A stretch of 64,000 bases of DNA from Octopus vulgaris (taxonomy: Eukaryota): the NCBI GenBank assembly GCA_951406725.2, contig OX597817.1, positions 133,610,001-133,674,000 on the forward strand. Direction: 5' to 3'. The notes below the pieces were generated by a model. That model did no database searches, was not told the origin of the DNA, and saw nothing but the letters and a program-made list of their open reading frames with translations. The position numbers were made by a program, and so were the translations under genes. This document shows, piece by piece, positions 1-12,663 of this stretch; the stretch's first letter is position 1, and each line of letters begins with the position of its first letter.

Positions 1-1438
1 GTTGTGATCTACACTCCATGTTGTGCTAGCTAGAATTACATATCTATCTAAGAAAGAAAGACAGACACAAACAAATTTAAAAAAAAAAACAATACCCATC
101 TGTGTGTGTGTGCTTGCATGTCTGTGTATGTATGTGTGTGTGTTAGCAAACATTTTTGCAACTTAAGAACAAATGCTTCACACCATAACCGCACCACATC
201 CTGATTTGACTCACCTGCTTTACCACCACCACCACCACCACAACACACACGCACAAACAAACAAAAATTAACAATTTATTGATGAGTGAAAAAGATTCAT
301 CTCAGAGTCCTAGTTCGCTGCTTAAATAATGGATATTAATTACAGATAAATCTTATAAGGCTTCCCTCACAGCATAATTATACTGGGTAGATGGGGGGGG
401 GGGGGGCATAGGCTAGAGGAAAATAACAGGAAAGAATGAATCTGAGAACATTTTGTAATAAAATCTTTGCAGTTGATTATTATTATTGTTGTCATTGTTG
501 TTAGTTTTTATTATAATTATTTTTTTTTGTGATTATTCACATCATTATTGTTATTATTATTATTATTATTATCATCATCATCATCATCTTTATTATTGAT
601 GTTGATTTCTTATCAACCATGGAGCGCAACTAATTCAATAAGCTATAAATAGAACTCTTGTAAGGAAATTTCTACTCTTTCTATTACAGTTCTTTTACTT
701 CATCTTCCTTTACCATATCCATACTATTTTTATTCTTAATTATTTTTTTTTCCTATTTTATATTTAGATCTTTCTCAGTTATTGAATATTGCTTTTGCTA
801 TTTGATTCTTGATTAGGAAAAAAGCAAAGAGAGAATTAAAGAGAGAGAGAGAGAGAGAGAGAGTAAAAAGAAGGGGAAATGCAGCAAAAGAAGAAAAAGA
901 AAATAAAAAGTAAAAATAAAGAAAATCATAGAACTCGGAAAGACTCAGAAAAATGTCAAAATAATCAATAAAAATGCATTTTCACATTTTCATATATGAT
1001 ACATATTAAAGAATTTAGGTTACAAATACTGTTCATCAATAAAATATATTATTAGCTATTTTTATAAAATGCCTCAGATACAGTATGAACAAGGATTTCA
1101 AGGGTATCTTGTTTGTATTGTGGTTTTAATCTCTGGGGGAGTTGAGTCATGAGATAGATAAAGGGTCAGTTGGGTTTATTTGTAGTACCCAATTGCAGTA
1201 TTACATTTATATCTTCACATATGTTTAATGTGTAACCTGCAAATCCATGAATATAAACCTTGTAAACATCAGGCAAAGTAGTCATGCTAATCTTGTTTCC
1301 TACAACAGCAACTGCATAATTTATAAAAGATAAAAAAACAAAAAGAACACATTCACTCTACAATCACAAATGCTACTGCACTCTTCATCCCCATCAAATA
1401 TGAGCAGCATACTACTAGAATCTTTACAATCATTTTAA

Positions 1439-1658
1439 CCCTTTTGTTACTGTATTTATTTTTAGATGCTCTGTGTTTCTTTCAATTACTTTAAATATAA
1501 CAAAGAATTTAGTAAAATAACTTAGTTATCATTCAGCTAGTGTTAGGAACATAAATTGTGACTAAGATTTGGTGGAAGATTTTAATTCAAAACTTATGAA
1601 AACAGGACATTTGTACTCAGAGCCAGAGCTAGTTTCAGTCAGGTTCGTAATGAAAGGT
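1439..1658. mobile_element. piggyBac-like MITE, family A (copy 1)
   Basis: Flanked by TTAA (1435-1438, 1659-1662). Termini CCCTTTTGTTAC...GTAATGAAAGGT form imperfect TIRs. A highly similar copy lies at 58678-58899. Confidence 0.8.
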
Positions 1659-3198
1659 TTAAATGCTAAGCCTTATCCTCTCCTGACAAATGTGCATCTT
1701 TAACATTACAAACACCATATCTCAAAGTCTGGTGTTTCCTCTTCTGAATTATTTCAGCCCTCAACAGCTGCTAACTCTCTTCAAAGTTTAGATGAGATTT
1801 GCAATGGTATGTTGCTCCCAAAGATGAGATAGACTATGCTGTACACACACAGACATCATAGACTTCATTCTCATGGCACCAGCATACAAAATGGAAAAGC
1901 TCCAGAGGATAGTGAAGGAGATGCATTGGAACAGCCATCCTGATTCACCAGGCTTGCACTTGCAGACGTCAGTCTCTGCCCTGTTAGCTGTGAGCTGGGG
2001 ATAAGGTCTGAGGGAAAAGAATGCAGGAGGTCTCCAGGCGCAACCATAAACCTATCAGAGAGCATAGCCAGTTTCTTACATGATATTCACTTACTCTAGT
2101 TGTAAGGACTAAAATCTAGAGTCTGAGGAAATATGGTACTGGTTTGCATTGGTGAAAATTATTTTGGGAAGTGTATAAGTTTGGGTATATCATACATGCT
2201 TTCCTTTGATGATTTGGAAACTGAGAGTTCATATGAAAGAGAAAAAACAATTTTCTTTTCTCTCTCTGATGAAGGCTCAGTTCAAAAACATCAGCACCTC
2301 TTCACTTCAGGATATAGAAACTTACTTAAGCTTAAGGATTACATGGCACTTTACCTATGCAACTTTACTGGGGATGAAGTAATTTGAGTATCCTAAAGCA
2401 AGAAGTTTAGACCAAATGAAGTTTTTGTAAGTTTAAATTCAATATGATGTATTATATATAATTCATTTAAACTTACAAACTTTATCCAACATTGCAATTT
2501 AGGCTTGTTACCTTAGCATACTCAAGTTATTTCATCTCCAGTTATGTTGCTTTCATAAGGTGTCATATAGTCTATACTTGAAGACAGACTTCTTTTTCTT
2601 TTTAAAAGCATTGAGTCTGGATGAACCATTCAAGGTTTCCTATTTGGCTACAATATAGCAGTTGACTTTGATTGAAGAGATCTATGATATAAAGCATTGA
2701 AGCCATGACTGTCAGGTTTCGTTTCAGGCACATTGTATTTGAGGCTATGTTATCCAGTGTGTAATCTTTGTCAAACAATGCCATATGGTTTGATGGACAT
2801 TTGACAGTTATTTTCCATAAATCAATTGACTATGTAGAGTCTTTCTTGTTGCTGTGTCACATATGAAAGTTAGTATTCTAGTGTTAGTAGAACTATGATC
2901 AAAGGTGTTTCAGCCATAACAATTCCAATTTATTTTCAAGTATAGTGCATCAAACTTGATAGTGTCCTATTTAGTTTTTTTGTTTTAAGGTAGTTTGCTA
3001 TGAGGTGAAGAAGACCTAGCTTCTATTTCTAGAAGATCAAGTGACCATATGGATGACACTATCTCATTGGATCTTGATATCTGAGGTAGTTTGCTGTATA
3101 CTTTACAAAATTTGTTTTGCTGGTCAACTTTGCCATTCATTCTTTCAAGGTTGATAAATGAAATCCCATTCAAGTCTTGTTGAGCTGCCTTTCTTTAG

Positions 3199-3392
3199 CT
3201 TCGTCGTTGGAAGAAAGCAACAGGAGTGGATGGACGTTGCCAGATTTAGAATGTCCAAGATATGATGCACAGATTACGACTCCTCCCCCATCTCTATCAG
3301 GCAATGAGTGCACAATGGATGATCTCAGTTTATCAGGGCTCTTACGTGGATACAACTTGTATTTCACTGAATACTATCACCATATAGATTAA
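3199..3392 (+). CDS. Candidate terminal coding exon of an unidentified gene
   Basis: Acceptor gcctttctttag| ends at 3198. Open frame (A)SSLEESNRSGWTLPDLECPRYDAQITTPPPSLSGNECTMDDLSLSGLLRGYNLYFTEYYHHID ends in TAA. Non-repetitive, retains several CpGs unlike its flanks, AATAAA near 3837. Protein not recognised. Confidence 0.5.
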
Positions 3393-5059
3393 CTATTGTT
3401 TCAGTCTGCAATATTGGTTTATATTTGGATCCTTATGGGGATAACTGTTTCATACAACACTGTTATATCTCAGTGGCCCCTTACAAGTCTCTGTGTGTGT
3501 GTGTACTTATTTCACTCTTGCCTGTATTACCACAATAGACCCTTATGTAGTTAGGTAAATATTTCAGTCTATAAATAATTTATACATCAGAAACGCAACA
3601 GACACAGACATATGGAATAGTAGTTACCTCAGATTGGAAGCCTGAACCTACACACATATTTATGAAAGAACACACACACACACACACACACACACACCAC
3701 ACACATGCACATACACACATGCACTTGCATAACTTCATCTTTTATGTACATTTGTTTCTTTCACTCTCACTCACTCATTCCTCCATTTTTCATTCTCTTT
3801 TGATCTTTCACACTAATTTCCTTGCCTCCTGGAGTCAATAAAATCGGTAACAATAATAGACAAGAGTAAGTGATCTGAGTTTAACAAGGATAGAACCAAC
3901 TCTTTCTCTCCCTCTCTCTCTCTCTTACATTTTCCCATTCCTAGTTTCTCTATCTGCTTTCTCTGCATTTTTCATATTCAAATTCCATGCGTATTGTTGT
4001 TCTCATGTTTTCACTTGCACTCCCACTCTTACAAATGCATACATGCACATGTACACCCTCCCACAAAACACCCTCTCACAGTGCATATACACACACACAT
4101 CCACATCGGAAAAACATGCCAGACACATACATTTTCTAGCTTTCACATACATACATACCACACAGTTACACAGAAATATGCACATAACTCCATATTTCTT
4201 TTCATTCCTCTCAAATTTCTTTCTCTCACTCTTTCTCACTCTCTCCCCCCACTCTCTCTCTCTCTCACTCTCTCCTCTCTCCCTCAATATATAACCATTT
4301 CCTTCTTTCTTTCTCTCCACAAATCATGTCTCCTTTTTCAATCCACCCTCAACAAATCTTGTCATAGAACACCTGCTATAACCAATCACACCTGTTGACA
4401 TCAACAATAAACTAATGTAGTCTTAAGACTTGTTAATCAATGAGAACTCCCATTAAAACATTTCTAATTAATTCAATACATTTTAACATAGATTTTCTGA
4501 GGTTATAGCAATATAATTATCGAAGTTGAATGTACTGATCTACTGACTAGTAAAAGTGGTATGGCCAAATAGAATGCTTGTTTTTTAGCTTTTAGTCAGC
4601 TCTGATCAAGTAAGTCTATGGTCAGAGACATTCTTGACATGACCATCATGTCTTTTATCCAGATATAGTTTATTAAGGACTACACTACCAAATGTGTTAT
4701 TCATTTGTTAAGGTGGTAGGAGGTCAAGCAACCTAATAAAGGTACCTTGTTTCTCTCAAAGTGGCTAAGTTATTAGAACGTTTGTTCTCAGATCTTAATT
4801 TCAGATCCACTGTATATGTTTTGTGGTGTTCCTGGGGGAAAACCATTTATTTTGCATTACTTCACTCCACCTGTCTGTCTTGAAAGAGTATCAAATCACC
4901 TGAGACTGTTACCGTTTATAGACCAGCTGACTATCTTTCATCTGTTTAATGTCAGGTAACTGGAATTAAACTTTTAAAAACCCCACAGTCATCTGCATCA
5001 CATTTGACCCGAGGAACACAAATGCAAAACCCTGTAAGTATCATGAAATGTTCCTTTAA

Positions 5060-5228
5060 CCCTTCAGCATTTGGATTAATCTGTCGTCACTTGTAAAGCT
5101 TATCTATTCACACTGTTTTGAACTTACCATGGCTTATAGGGTAGGTATGAGAGGCTGGATCTGGCTAGTTTGAACATAAAACAGGTAGAATATTTGGGCT
5201 GGATATGGGCAGTTTAAGTGCTAAAGAG
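5060..5228. mobile_element. piggyBac-like MITE, family B (internally deleted copy)
   Basis: TTAA at 5056-5059 and 5229-5232. Termini CCCTTCAGCATT...AGTGCTAAAGAG. Interior matches 37967-38186 in the opposite orientation. Confidence 0.75.
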
Positions 5229-5289
5229 TTAAGTATGTACTAGCCTCAGTAAATCTAGCTTATAAAACACTACCTATGTATTAGTGAGG

Positions 5290-5488
5290 GAGTCCTACAT
5301 GTTTGCTTGATCTGTTGGAAATATCAGCCAAATCTCCATCAAATCACTTCTTACAGTCTTACAAAAAAAGTGCATTGGAATAATGTACATCTGTATTGAA
5401 ATAAAGATGGGGTGGTCATGAATGGAACATGTTTGGGCATAGATCTGCCAAATCAGAGCTGATTCGGGCTAAATACAACAACTACAAC
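5290..5488 (+). repeat. Old high-copy interspersed repeat, family D (representative copy)
   Basis: Motif series 'tgctagaaatagcagccaaatct..ctcaaatcac...gtcttaaaaaa...gatggtcatggctggaatgc.tttgatcataggtctgc...ctgacctggggctaaacaacaac' recurs near 6045, 11640, 14920, 19510, 27345, 36120, 39540, 53900, 54735 and 56050 (+) and near 46600, 57330, 60380 and 61420 (-). Confidence 0.7.
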
Positions 5489-7347
5489 ACTCACATCTAC
5501 TGAACAGAGATTGAAAACTTTGTTTTGTTACAGTATAGATCTCAACTAACAACAACAATAGTATAAAAAATATATTCTACTAAATAAACTATTTAAAGAT
5601 TACAAAACTAACCAAGCCTTATAATCATAAAAGTTTATGTTTTCTTTGATTAGATTATTTATTATATTAAGTTAGTATCTCTGATCTATCTGCTTTTGAA
5701 TTTCAATAAAAATGGTCATGGTATGGAGATATCATTTTTACCATCATTAGAGAAACACAGCTGGTATAATTGATTCACTGCTGGACCATTTGCTAAAAGT
5801 TATTCTCATGTATATTATGTTGCAGCTGGATCACAGTAACATTATGATCTTTTAGCAGTAAATTAAAAACCACCTGTGGATATAGCTTATATTGCAGTGG
5901 GCCCCATCAAGCTGATTTGACTGAAATACATTATATAAAAACAATCTTTGATATGGTCCCTTTGCAGTTCTACAAATATGTTGAGGGATTTAACACTTTT
6001 ATTATTGTCATTATAAGCAACTATAAACATTATTAAATTGTTCTATATGGTGGCTTGACTTGCTAGAAATAACAACTAAATTTCTCTCAAAATCTCATCC
6101 TATCATCTTGAAACAAAGTAGAAGCATTAGTTAATATAATTTTAGTTATATACTGGTCATGGTTAGACTACCTTTTATCGCTGGTGTGTTTCATCAAGGT
6201 TAACCTAGGGTTAAAGAATATAACAACAATATCAGCAATAGTGTTCATAACATTTTTGCTAATTGTGCGTGAAGTTAGAGTATTTCTATGATACAGCATT
6301 GCTCAAATCTATTTCTAGCCTTAATCAAATTTCAAGCAACTTATGACAGCCACCTTCCACATGTATGTGTGTATTTGTGAGTTGTGTTGTGTGTGTGTGT
6401 GTGTGTATGTGTGCGTGCACATGTGTGTGTGTGTGCAGGCATGTGTGTGTTTGTGTGTGTGTGCATGTGTGTGTGTCTGTTTGTGTGTACACGTAGATAG
6501 ATAGGCAGACCGATGGATAGATTGACAGACAGACAGACAGGTAAGATGATGTGGTGCATCTAGTGCAGTTGTGATCGCAATCCTCTTTCTTGCAGCTCAC
6601 TGCTGCAGGTTAGCCCAAGTATTTCAGTGGAAAGTAATCTTTGCTGCTAGTGCACAATCTCTCTATCATCAAGAATCTTGCAAGGCTGTCTGTGGCCACA
6701 CATGGTTACTCAGTGTTTTGTATCTCCCGGCGCCATTGGCTGTGAATCTCAAAGCACTAATGCCCCCAATCCCAACCACCACCACCACCACCCTCCCCTA
6801 GTAGATTATATTCTGACACTTAGCAATCATTGCACTTTTTATGCATAAGTTCAGAAAAACAAAGGCTAGTGTGGTACAGTCTGAGAGATAAAAACAATCT
6901 GTGGTGATAAGCTTCAAAGCAATTTCCTACTGATTGGATTTCCACCAGCCTTCTACAGCTAAAAGAAGTACTTGCCTTTCAATCTATCTCTTTCACAGTA
7001 AAAATAGTGATATAAGAAAATGTACCCTCTCGTAACACCCCTATACAGCTTCATTTGTAAGTATCTTCTGTAATGTGACACATGGATCTTGGCTCTTAAG
7101 GTATTTATCATTGAATTTGTTGGTCATCCATAAGCAGCAAGACACATAGGGTTCATATAGCAAAACACTATAAACACAAGAGTTGAGTATTAAAACACTG
7201 TAAATATAGGCTTTAAATACTCGCTCCTTATATTAATACAATGGTGGTTTTAATACTCAAATCCTATATGTATTAAGAGGCTATAAATGTCGGGGTTATG
7301 TACTAACCACACAGCCATACCTAATCAGACAATATTTTGTATATTGT

Positions 7348-7570
7348 TAGGTGGCGAGCTGGCAGAAATATTAGCATGCTGGGCAAATTGCTTAGCGGTA
7401 TTTTGTCTGTCTACATTCTGAGTTTAAATTTCTTTGACGTTTTATCCGAAAGGATAAATGCCTTTATCCTTTCTAGGTCGATAAGTTAAGTACCAGTTGT
7501 GTACTGGGTTTGATCTAATCGACTGGCCCCGTCCCCAAAAATTTCGGGCCTTTTGCCTAGAGTAGAAAAG
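7348..7570 (+). mobile_element. tRNA-headed SINE with Meta/MESC-like central domain, full length
   Basis: Head ggtggcgagctggcagaa, B-box-like gagtttaaat, central gcctttatcc..ggtcgataagttaagtaccag. Perfect 17-bp TSD aatattttgtatattgt at 7331-7347 and 7571-7587. Confidence 0.85.
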
Positions 7571-9311
7571 AATATTTTGTATATTGTGACATATATCAAG
7601 TTCAAATTCTCATGGTGCCTACATATATTAAGTTCAAATTCTAATGCTGTCGTAACTTTTAACATATGGGGAATAGAAATTAATAAAGTATAAAAAAAAA
7701 GATGAAGTAATGTAGATCAATGATAATTCCACACACCTCATTACAGAAATTACATATAGAAGACATGGCTATCTTGTCCTTTATTCGGGTGCTGTGCCTT
7801 CAGGACTACATGCAATTAGTCCCCAACCATTGTTACTGTCATTACTTTCGATGCTGTCTGTTACCTTTGAAGGGATTGCTTGACATGTCTAGGTGTAACA
7901 ACCAAGTCATGCCCTACTATCTTTAAAGCGGACCTGATAAGTACTTGAGATCTTTTCATCATAGGTCTGTTTAATCAGGGATTAAAGAACAACAACATTT
8001 TATCATAAAGAAACAGATGCCAACATCATCACTGATATCTGCAACATCCTTATCTCAGTCCATCCAACAATACCACTGTCACTGCCACCACCACTGCCAC
8101 CACCACCACCACCACCACCACCACCACCACCACCACATTATCATAATCATCTTCCATCCTCTTCCATATCTTGACTAGTATTACCTCACAGTGATACAAC
8201 TTTGATATATGCACAGAATGTTGGTGCTGATGCAACAAGCAATTAGTTACAACAATACCAACATAAAGGTTTCTTTTACATTTATTGCATAAAAACAAAA
8301 ATGCAATATTTAGCCAATTTCTGGTGATGAAACCCTATATTGTATGTTCTGGCCACTTCCATATCAGTGATTAAACCAATTAACTATGATCAGGCAGACT
8401 TTAAATTCAATTGTCGCATATCTTGATATCTTGTGACTAGATTAATGAATATCTATAGTTTCTCACATAATCAGATCATTATTACCACATCCATATCTGC
8501 TACTGCACATCCTGCTCATCATCATCATTGTTATCACCTCCAACATCATCTCAACCATCCTGTTCACTTAAGCATTGTCAACATCATCACTAACAGTATC
8601 CTCTCAACTACCATCATTATCATTAACAGCCAAATAATTGTGTATATTCACAAGAAAGCACCCTTCTCTCTTAAATACACTCAAACACAAACACTGTCCC
8701 CATATCATTCTGTTGCCTTCACTTCCAAAATTTCAAACATGTTTAGAAACGCCTGAACTTTCATCCATAAGAACACCAATAAAAACAAACAAAGATAATG
8801 TTGGTTTACTTAACTTCAGCAACAACTTCAATATTTTTTGATGTAACAACTAAAAATCATTATAATTTAAATAGTTTTGTTATTATTGCATATTTTCAAT
8901 GCAATACTGAGTGCAGCTCCATGTGCTAAGGGGTATATATAAGTGCATGTACATTGATTGTTTTATTCTCTTTCTCTCTCTCTCTCTCTTTGTTTTTTGT
9001 AATACATTTCTTTTGTATTGATAGTTTTGTAAAGTAAAGTGTGTACAGTAAATGTGTACAATTCCATTTTGATGTTGTGTCTATGTTAAAGCTCTGAAAT
9101 CTTAGTCTATGTACCTTTCCAGTATTATGAGCAGTGTCAGAGGGGAAAATGATGGAAGGGTCAGCCTGGTAGGAATAAGCCATAACAGTATAAAAACAGT
9201 TCTTAAATTAATTTAACTTAATGCTTCACTTGTCTAAATTCAGATCACTTCAAAGGCACCTTTGGCTTTCATGCCCTCAAGTTTAGTACAATAAATACTA
9301 GTAATATGTAT

Positions 9312-9527
9312 ATTGGTTTCAGATTTTAGCAAAAGGCCAGTAAGTTCAAGGAAGGGAGTAAGTTGATTACATTGACCCCACTGCTCAACTGATTCTTATT
9401 TTGCCAACACCAAAAGGATGAAAAGCAAAGTCAACCTCAGCAGCATTTGAACTCAGAACATAAAGCTGGATGAAATGCCGCTAAGCCTTTTGTCCAGTAT
9501 GGTAATGATTCTACCAGTTCACTGCCT
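9312..9527 (-). mobile_element. Same SINE family as 7348-7570, reverse copy
   Basis: Reverse complement reads ggcagtgaactggtagaatcattacc...ttctgagttcaaatgctgctgaggttgactttgcttttcatccttttgg. Confidence 0.8.
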
Positions 9528-9558
9528 TCAAATATTAGTAATATATTACTATTTGTAA

Positions 9559-9775
9559 GGCAGTGAGCTGGCAGAAACGTTAGCACACCAGGCAAAATGC
9601 TTAGCGATATTTCGTCTGTCATTATGTTCTGAGTTGAAATTCTGCCAAGGTTGACTATGCCTTTCATCATTTCGGAGTTGGTAAATTAAGTACCAGTTGC
9701 ATACTGGGGTCAATGTAATCAACTGTCCTCCTCCCCCAAAATTTCTAGCCTTGGGCCTAGAATTGAAAAAATATA
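9559..9775 (+). mobile_element. Same SINE family as 7348-7570, forward copy
   Basis: ggcagtgagctggcagaaacgttagc...gcctttcatcatttcggagttggtaaattaagtaccag...aaaatttctagccttgggcctag. Confidence 0.85.
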
Positions 9776-10399
9776 TTCATAGTTGTACTCCCTAGATTAC
9801 AAGACCTGCTTTTCTATTGTGAAAAGATCTGGACTTGATTCTTTGCAATTACAGTACCTCATTGTTCTAAGTTCAAAAGCATCCTTCCAAGTCCATGTCA
9901 GTTATAAATAAAACTTAACTTATTTGATGATGTAGAGAGTGCATGGGGAAGGTATGGAAAGAAGTGGTAAAGTAAAAACTCAGGATGCTGGATTTCATGG
10001 ATATCGAAATGGTAGGAATGTAACAAGTGGTAATTTGCTGAAGAATAGATCTAGCAAGCTTTGCCTTTGTAGCAGAACATCAGTAGTAATAATAATAGTA
10101 ATGCTGCTGCTGCTGATGATGATGATGATAATGACAACAGTGACAACGACTGAAAAGAGTGTCTTTATCTAGATAGAATTAATTGAAAGTCTTTGATAGA
10201 GTTAACAGTGGTTCATCTAGAGGAGGTCTGTGGTAATTAGCTTTAATTGTTTTTTATAGCTAAGAGTGATGTTGAGCAGTGATATGTTTTCTTTCTATAT
10301 ATCTGGTCTTAGAAGGAAAAGCAGCATCTATAACTTTTCCAGCTCTCCTTGACTGGAATATAGTTGTGCATAGATGTAGTTAGCATGGCCAATATTTCA

Positions 10400-10575
10400 G
10401 TCCTATATTCAAGAGATGAAGAATTATGTACATTATTTACATTTGATGGATATTTGTCCTCATCTTATTTGTTGTTAACACAATGTTTCAGCTGATATAC
10501 CCTCAAGCCTTCATGCGATGTCTTGGGGAAATTTTGAACCTGGGTTCTCATTCCTAATGCATTTTTCAATGTTGT
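10400..10575 (-). mobile_element. Possible Penelope-like terminal fragment
   Basis: - strand gacatcgcatgaaggcttgagggtatatcagctgaaacattg resembles the CTGATGA-stem-GAAAC motif of PLE terminal repeats, but is degenerate. Confidence 0.35.
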
Positions 10576-10613
10576 TATTATAATATTTTTGTTGTTGTTG
10601 TTCATATGCCCAT

Positions 10614-10690
10614 GGCATATGGCATCGTGGTTAAGAGCGCGGGCTACTAACCCCAAGATTCCGATTTCGATTCCAAGCATTGACTTGAAC
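10614..10690 (+). mobile_element. Short tRNA-derived SINE or tRNA pseudogene ending in (AAT)n
   Basis: A-box-like tggcatcgtggttaagagcg, anticodon-arm-like gggctactaaccc, B-box-like gatttcgattcc, then aataataat. No intact acceptor stem. Confidence 0.6.
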
Positions 10691-10724
10691 AATAATAATA
10701 ATAATTATCATAATAATAATAATA

Positions 10725-11282
10725 AAATATACAGGGCATTGTAAAGAAAGTATAATATTGAAAGAAAGGGCCTGAAAGTAGTAGTGGAGAAACTCAAACA
10801 GTGCCTCATTGCAAAGAAAGCAATGATGATAAGATACAACAAAGAATGAAGGGTTACCACCAGAATAGGTTATTCAGAGTAGATCAGAAGAGATTGTATA
10901 AAGAAATAAATTGAGAGTGCACAGATGAAAAGTTGATACCAGATAACATTGAAAGTCAAAGGTTTTGGAGTGACACCTGGGGCAAAGACAAGGAGAACTA
11001 GAAGGATGCTGAATGGTTGCAAGAAATGAAACAAACAGTAGTCTGTTCAAAACAGGCAGAGCTTGTCATTTCAGTTAAGGAAGTGAAGGAAATCAGCAAA
11101 AAAAGAGGAACTGGAAGGCCCCAGGACCAGATGGAGTTCAAGGCTACTGGATCAAAAAATTTGGTTAATGTCATGCACGAATAGCTATGCAACTCAACAC
11201 CTTGTTAAATGCCGACCAAGGAACACCAGAGTGGATGACATTGGGTAGGACAGCGCTATGCCTGAAAAACATCAAAAAAGGC
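10725..11282 (+). mobile_element. R4/Dong-clade non-LTR retrotransposon fragment (region before and start of RT)
   Basis: With stops and frameshifts it reads VVEKLKQCLIAKK...QNRLFRVDQKRLYKEIN...FWSDTWGK...AEWLQ...NWKAPGPDGVQGYWIKKF...PEWMTLGRTALCLK. Begins directly after a (TAA)n tract. Confidence 0.8.
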
Positions 11283-12572
11283 ACACACACTTCAGTTTCA
11301 AGTGTGTGTATGTGTGTGTGTGTGTGAGTGTGTTCGTGTGTGTATGTGCCTCTTTTACTTGAAACAAGTAAAAGGATAAAAGAAAACGTATTTTATTTCA
11401 GTGGTTCCTTTTACTTTACTTTCTGTGAATGAATCCAATCCCTTTGGTCTGTCTGATTGTTTCTACTGTGCTATTTCAAAGTTTCACTTGCTTCTTGTCG
11501 ATTTTTGTTCACTATTCAATTGATGTGATGTTTACAATGTAAATTATTTCTCTTTTATCTGAATGAATTAATAGCTACCTTTGTTGTTTAGACTAAGTCA
11601 AGCATAGTTAACCAAACAGTGACCATTACATGTCAGTGATGGGAGCCTATTTATAGTCAATTAACCTTCTAGAAATTGCTGCCAAATTATCTTCAGATCA
11701 CACCATACCATCTTTCTAAAAAAGCTTATATTGGATGATAATAAATTCTTAGAGTATTTTTGAGAACTAAAAAAGGATAGAATGTCAACAGCTGGAATTT
11801 TTTTGTCTACACAGGAGGGAGGACAAAGTAAAAATATAAATATCTCCAGTTTGTATCCATCGATGGGTAAGCAATTCTCTCTCTTGATTTCAGAATAACA
11901 TAAATGGGAGTTGTGAGGTTCATAAGTCTCTGGAAGACATTATTGATATGAGGAAATTGTTGTAAACAATAGATTTGTTGCTGAGTGGCCAACTAAGCTC
12001 TTCATCTATTGTATGTATGAATTATCTTTCTCCATCAGCCAATCCCTCACGCATTTATTATTAGACATAACATAAGCAGTATGAGTTACCTCTTATCATT
12101 TAACCTCCTCCTACTGTATCACACATCTCTGCCCTCAGCAGCAAGTTCTGTGGTTGTAGGCCTCCAGTATTAAACCCAATGTTTAAATACTTGGCAAGCA
12201 AGCAACCAGTGATAAGCAGTTAACAGGGTAATTATGGATTTAGACCATAAATCATTAGGAGACTGATATATTATTTCTTCATAATATTAAACTAAACCAA
12301 GCAATACACTAAGTAGGACTATATTTGCTGTACACCCACTCTCATTCCATTACATAATTAGAAGAATTATTTGACCCAATATTAATTAAAATATTCAAAC
12401 GGATGAAACTGTTTCTTTACAATATAAATCCGTTTTATCACTCCAAACACAATTTCTTTCATATATTCATGATGATGATGATGATGAATATATGATAGAA
12501 ATTGTGTTTTTATTTAACTATGTATGTATAAATATATTTTGGATGCTTTGCAATTATGTTGTGTCAGTTTCA

Positions 12573-12594
12573 AGTGTGTGTGTGTGTGTGTGCA

Positions 12595-12662
<68 letters not shown>
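12573..12662. repeat. (TG)n microsatellite
   Basis: Directly visible. Similar TG/CA tracts at about 3670-3720, 6360-6490, 14103-14150, 17229-17298, 25575-25757 and 35112-35139. Confidence 0.95.

Positions 12663-12663
<1 letters not shown>

Noticed and set aside
1790-2065. GC-richer patch that looked like an exon
   Set aside because: All frames are short. A KWKSSRG remnant suggests a decayed LINE C-terminus instead, too weak to call.
3082-3103. let-7-like 22-mer tgaggtagtttgctgtatactt (18/22 positions match)
   Set aside because: No complementary star arm. It sits among family-D and SINE fragments, and aggtagtttgct also occurs at about 2988.
6538-6614. CAG|GTAAGA ... tctttcttgcag: apparent 55-nt intron and 13-nt microexon
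   Set aside because: The upstream 'exon' is a (GACA)n microsatellite and no coherent reading frame results.
7183-7260. 14-bp inverted repeat ttgagtattaaaac / gttttaatactcaa
   Set aside because: Probably the remnant of a decayed MITE. No termini or TSD could be defined.
10614-10690. Functional tRNA gene
   Set aside because: No pairing acceptor stem and no oligo-T terminator. Treated as a SINE or pseudogene.
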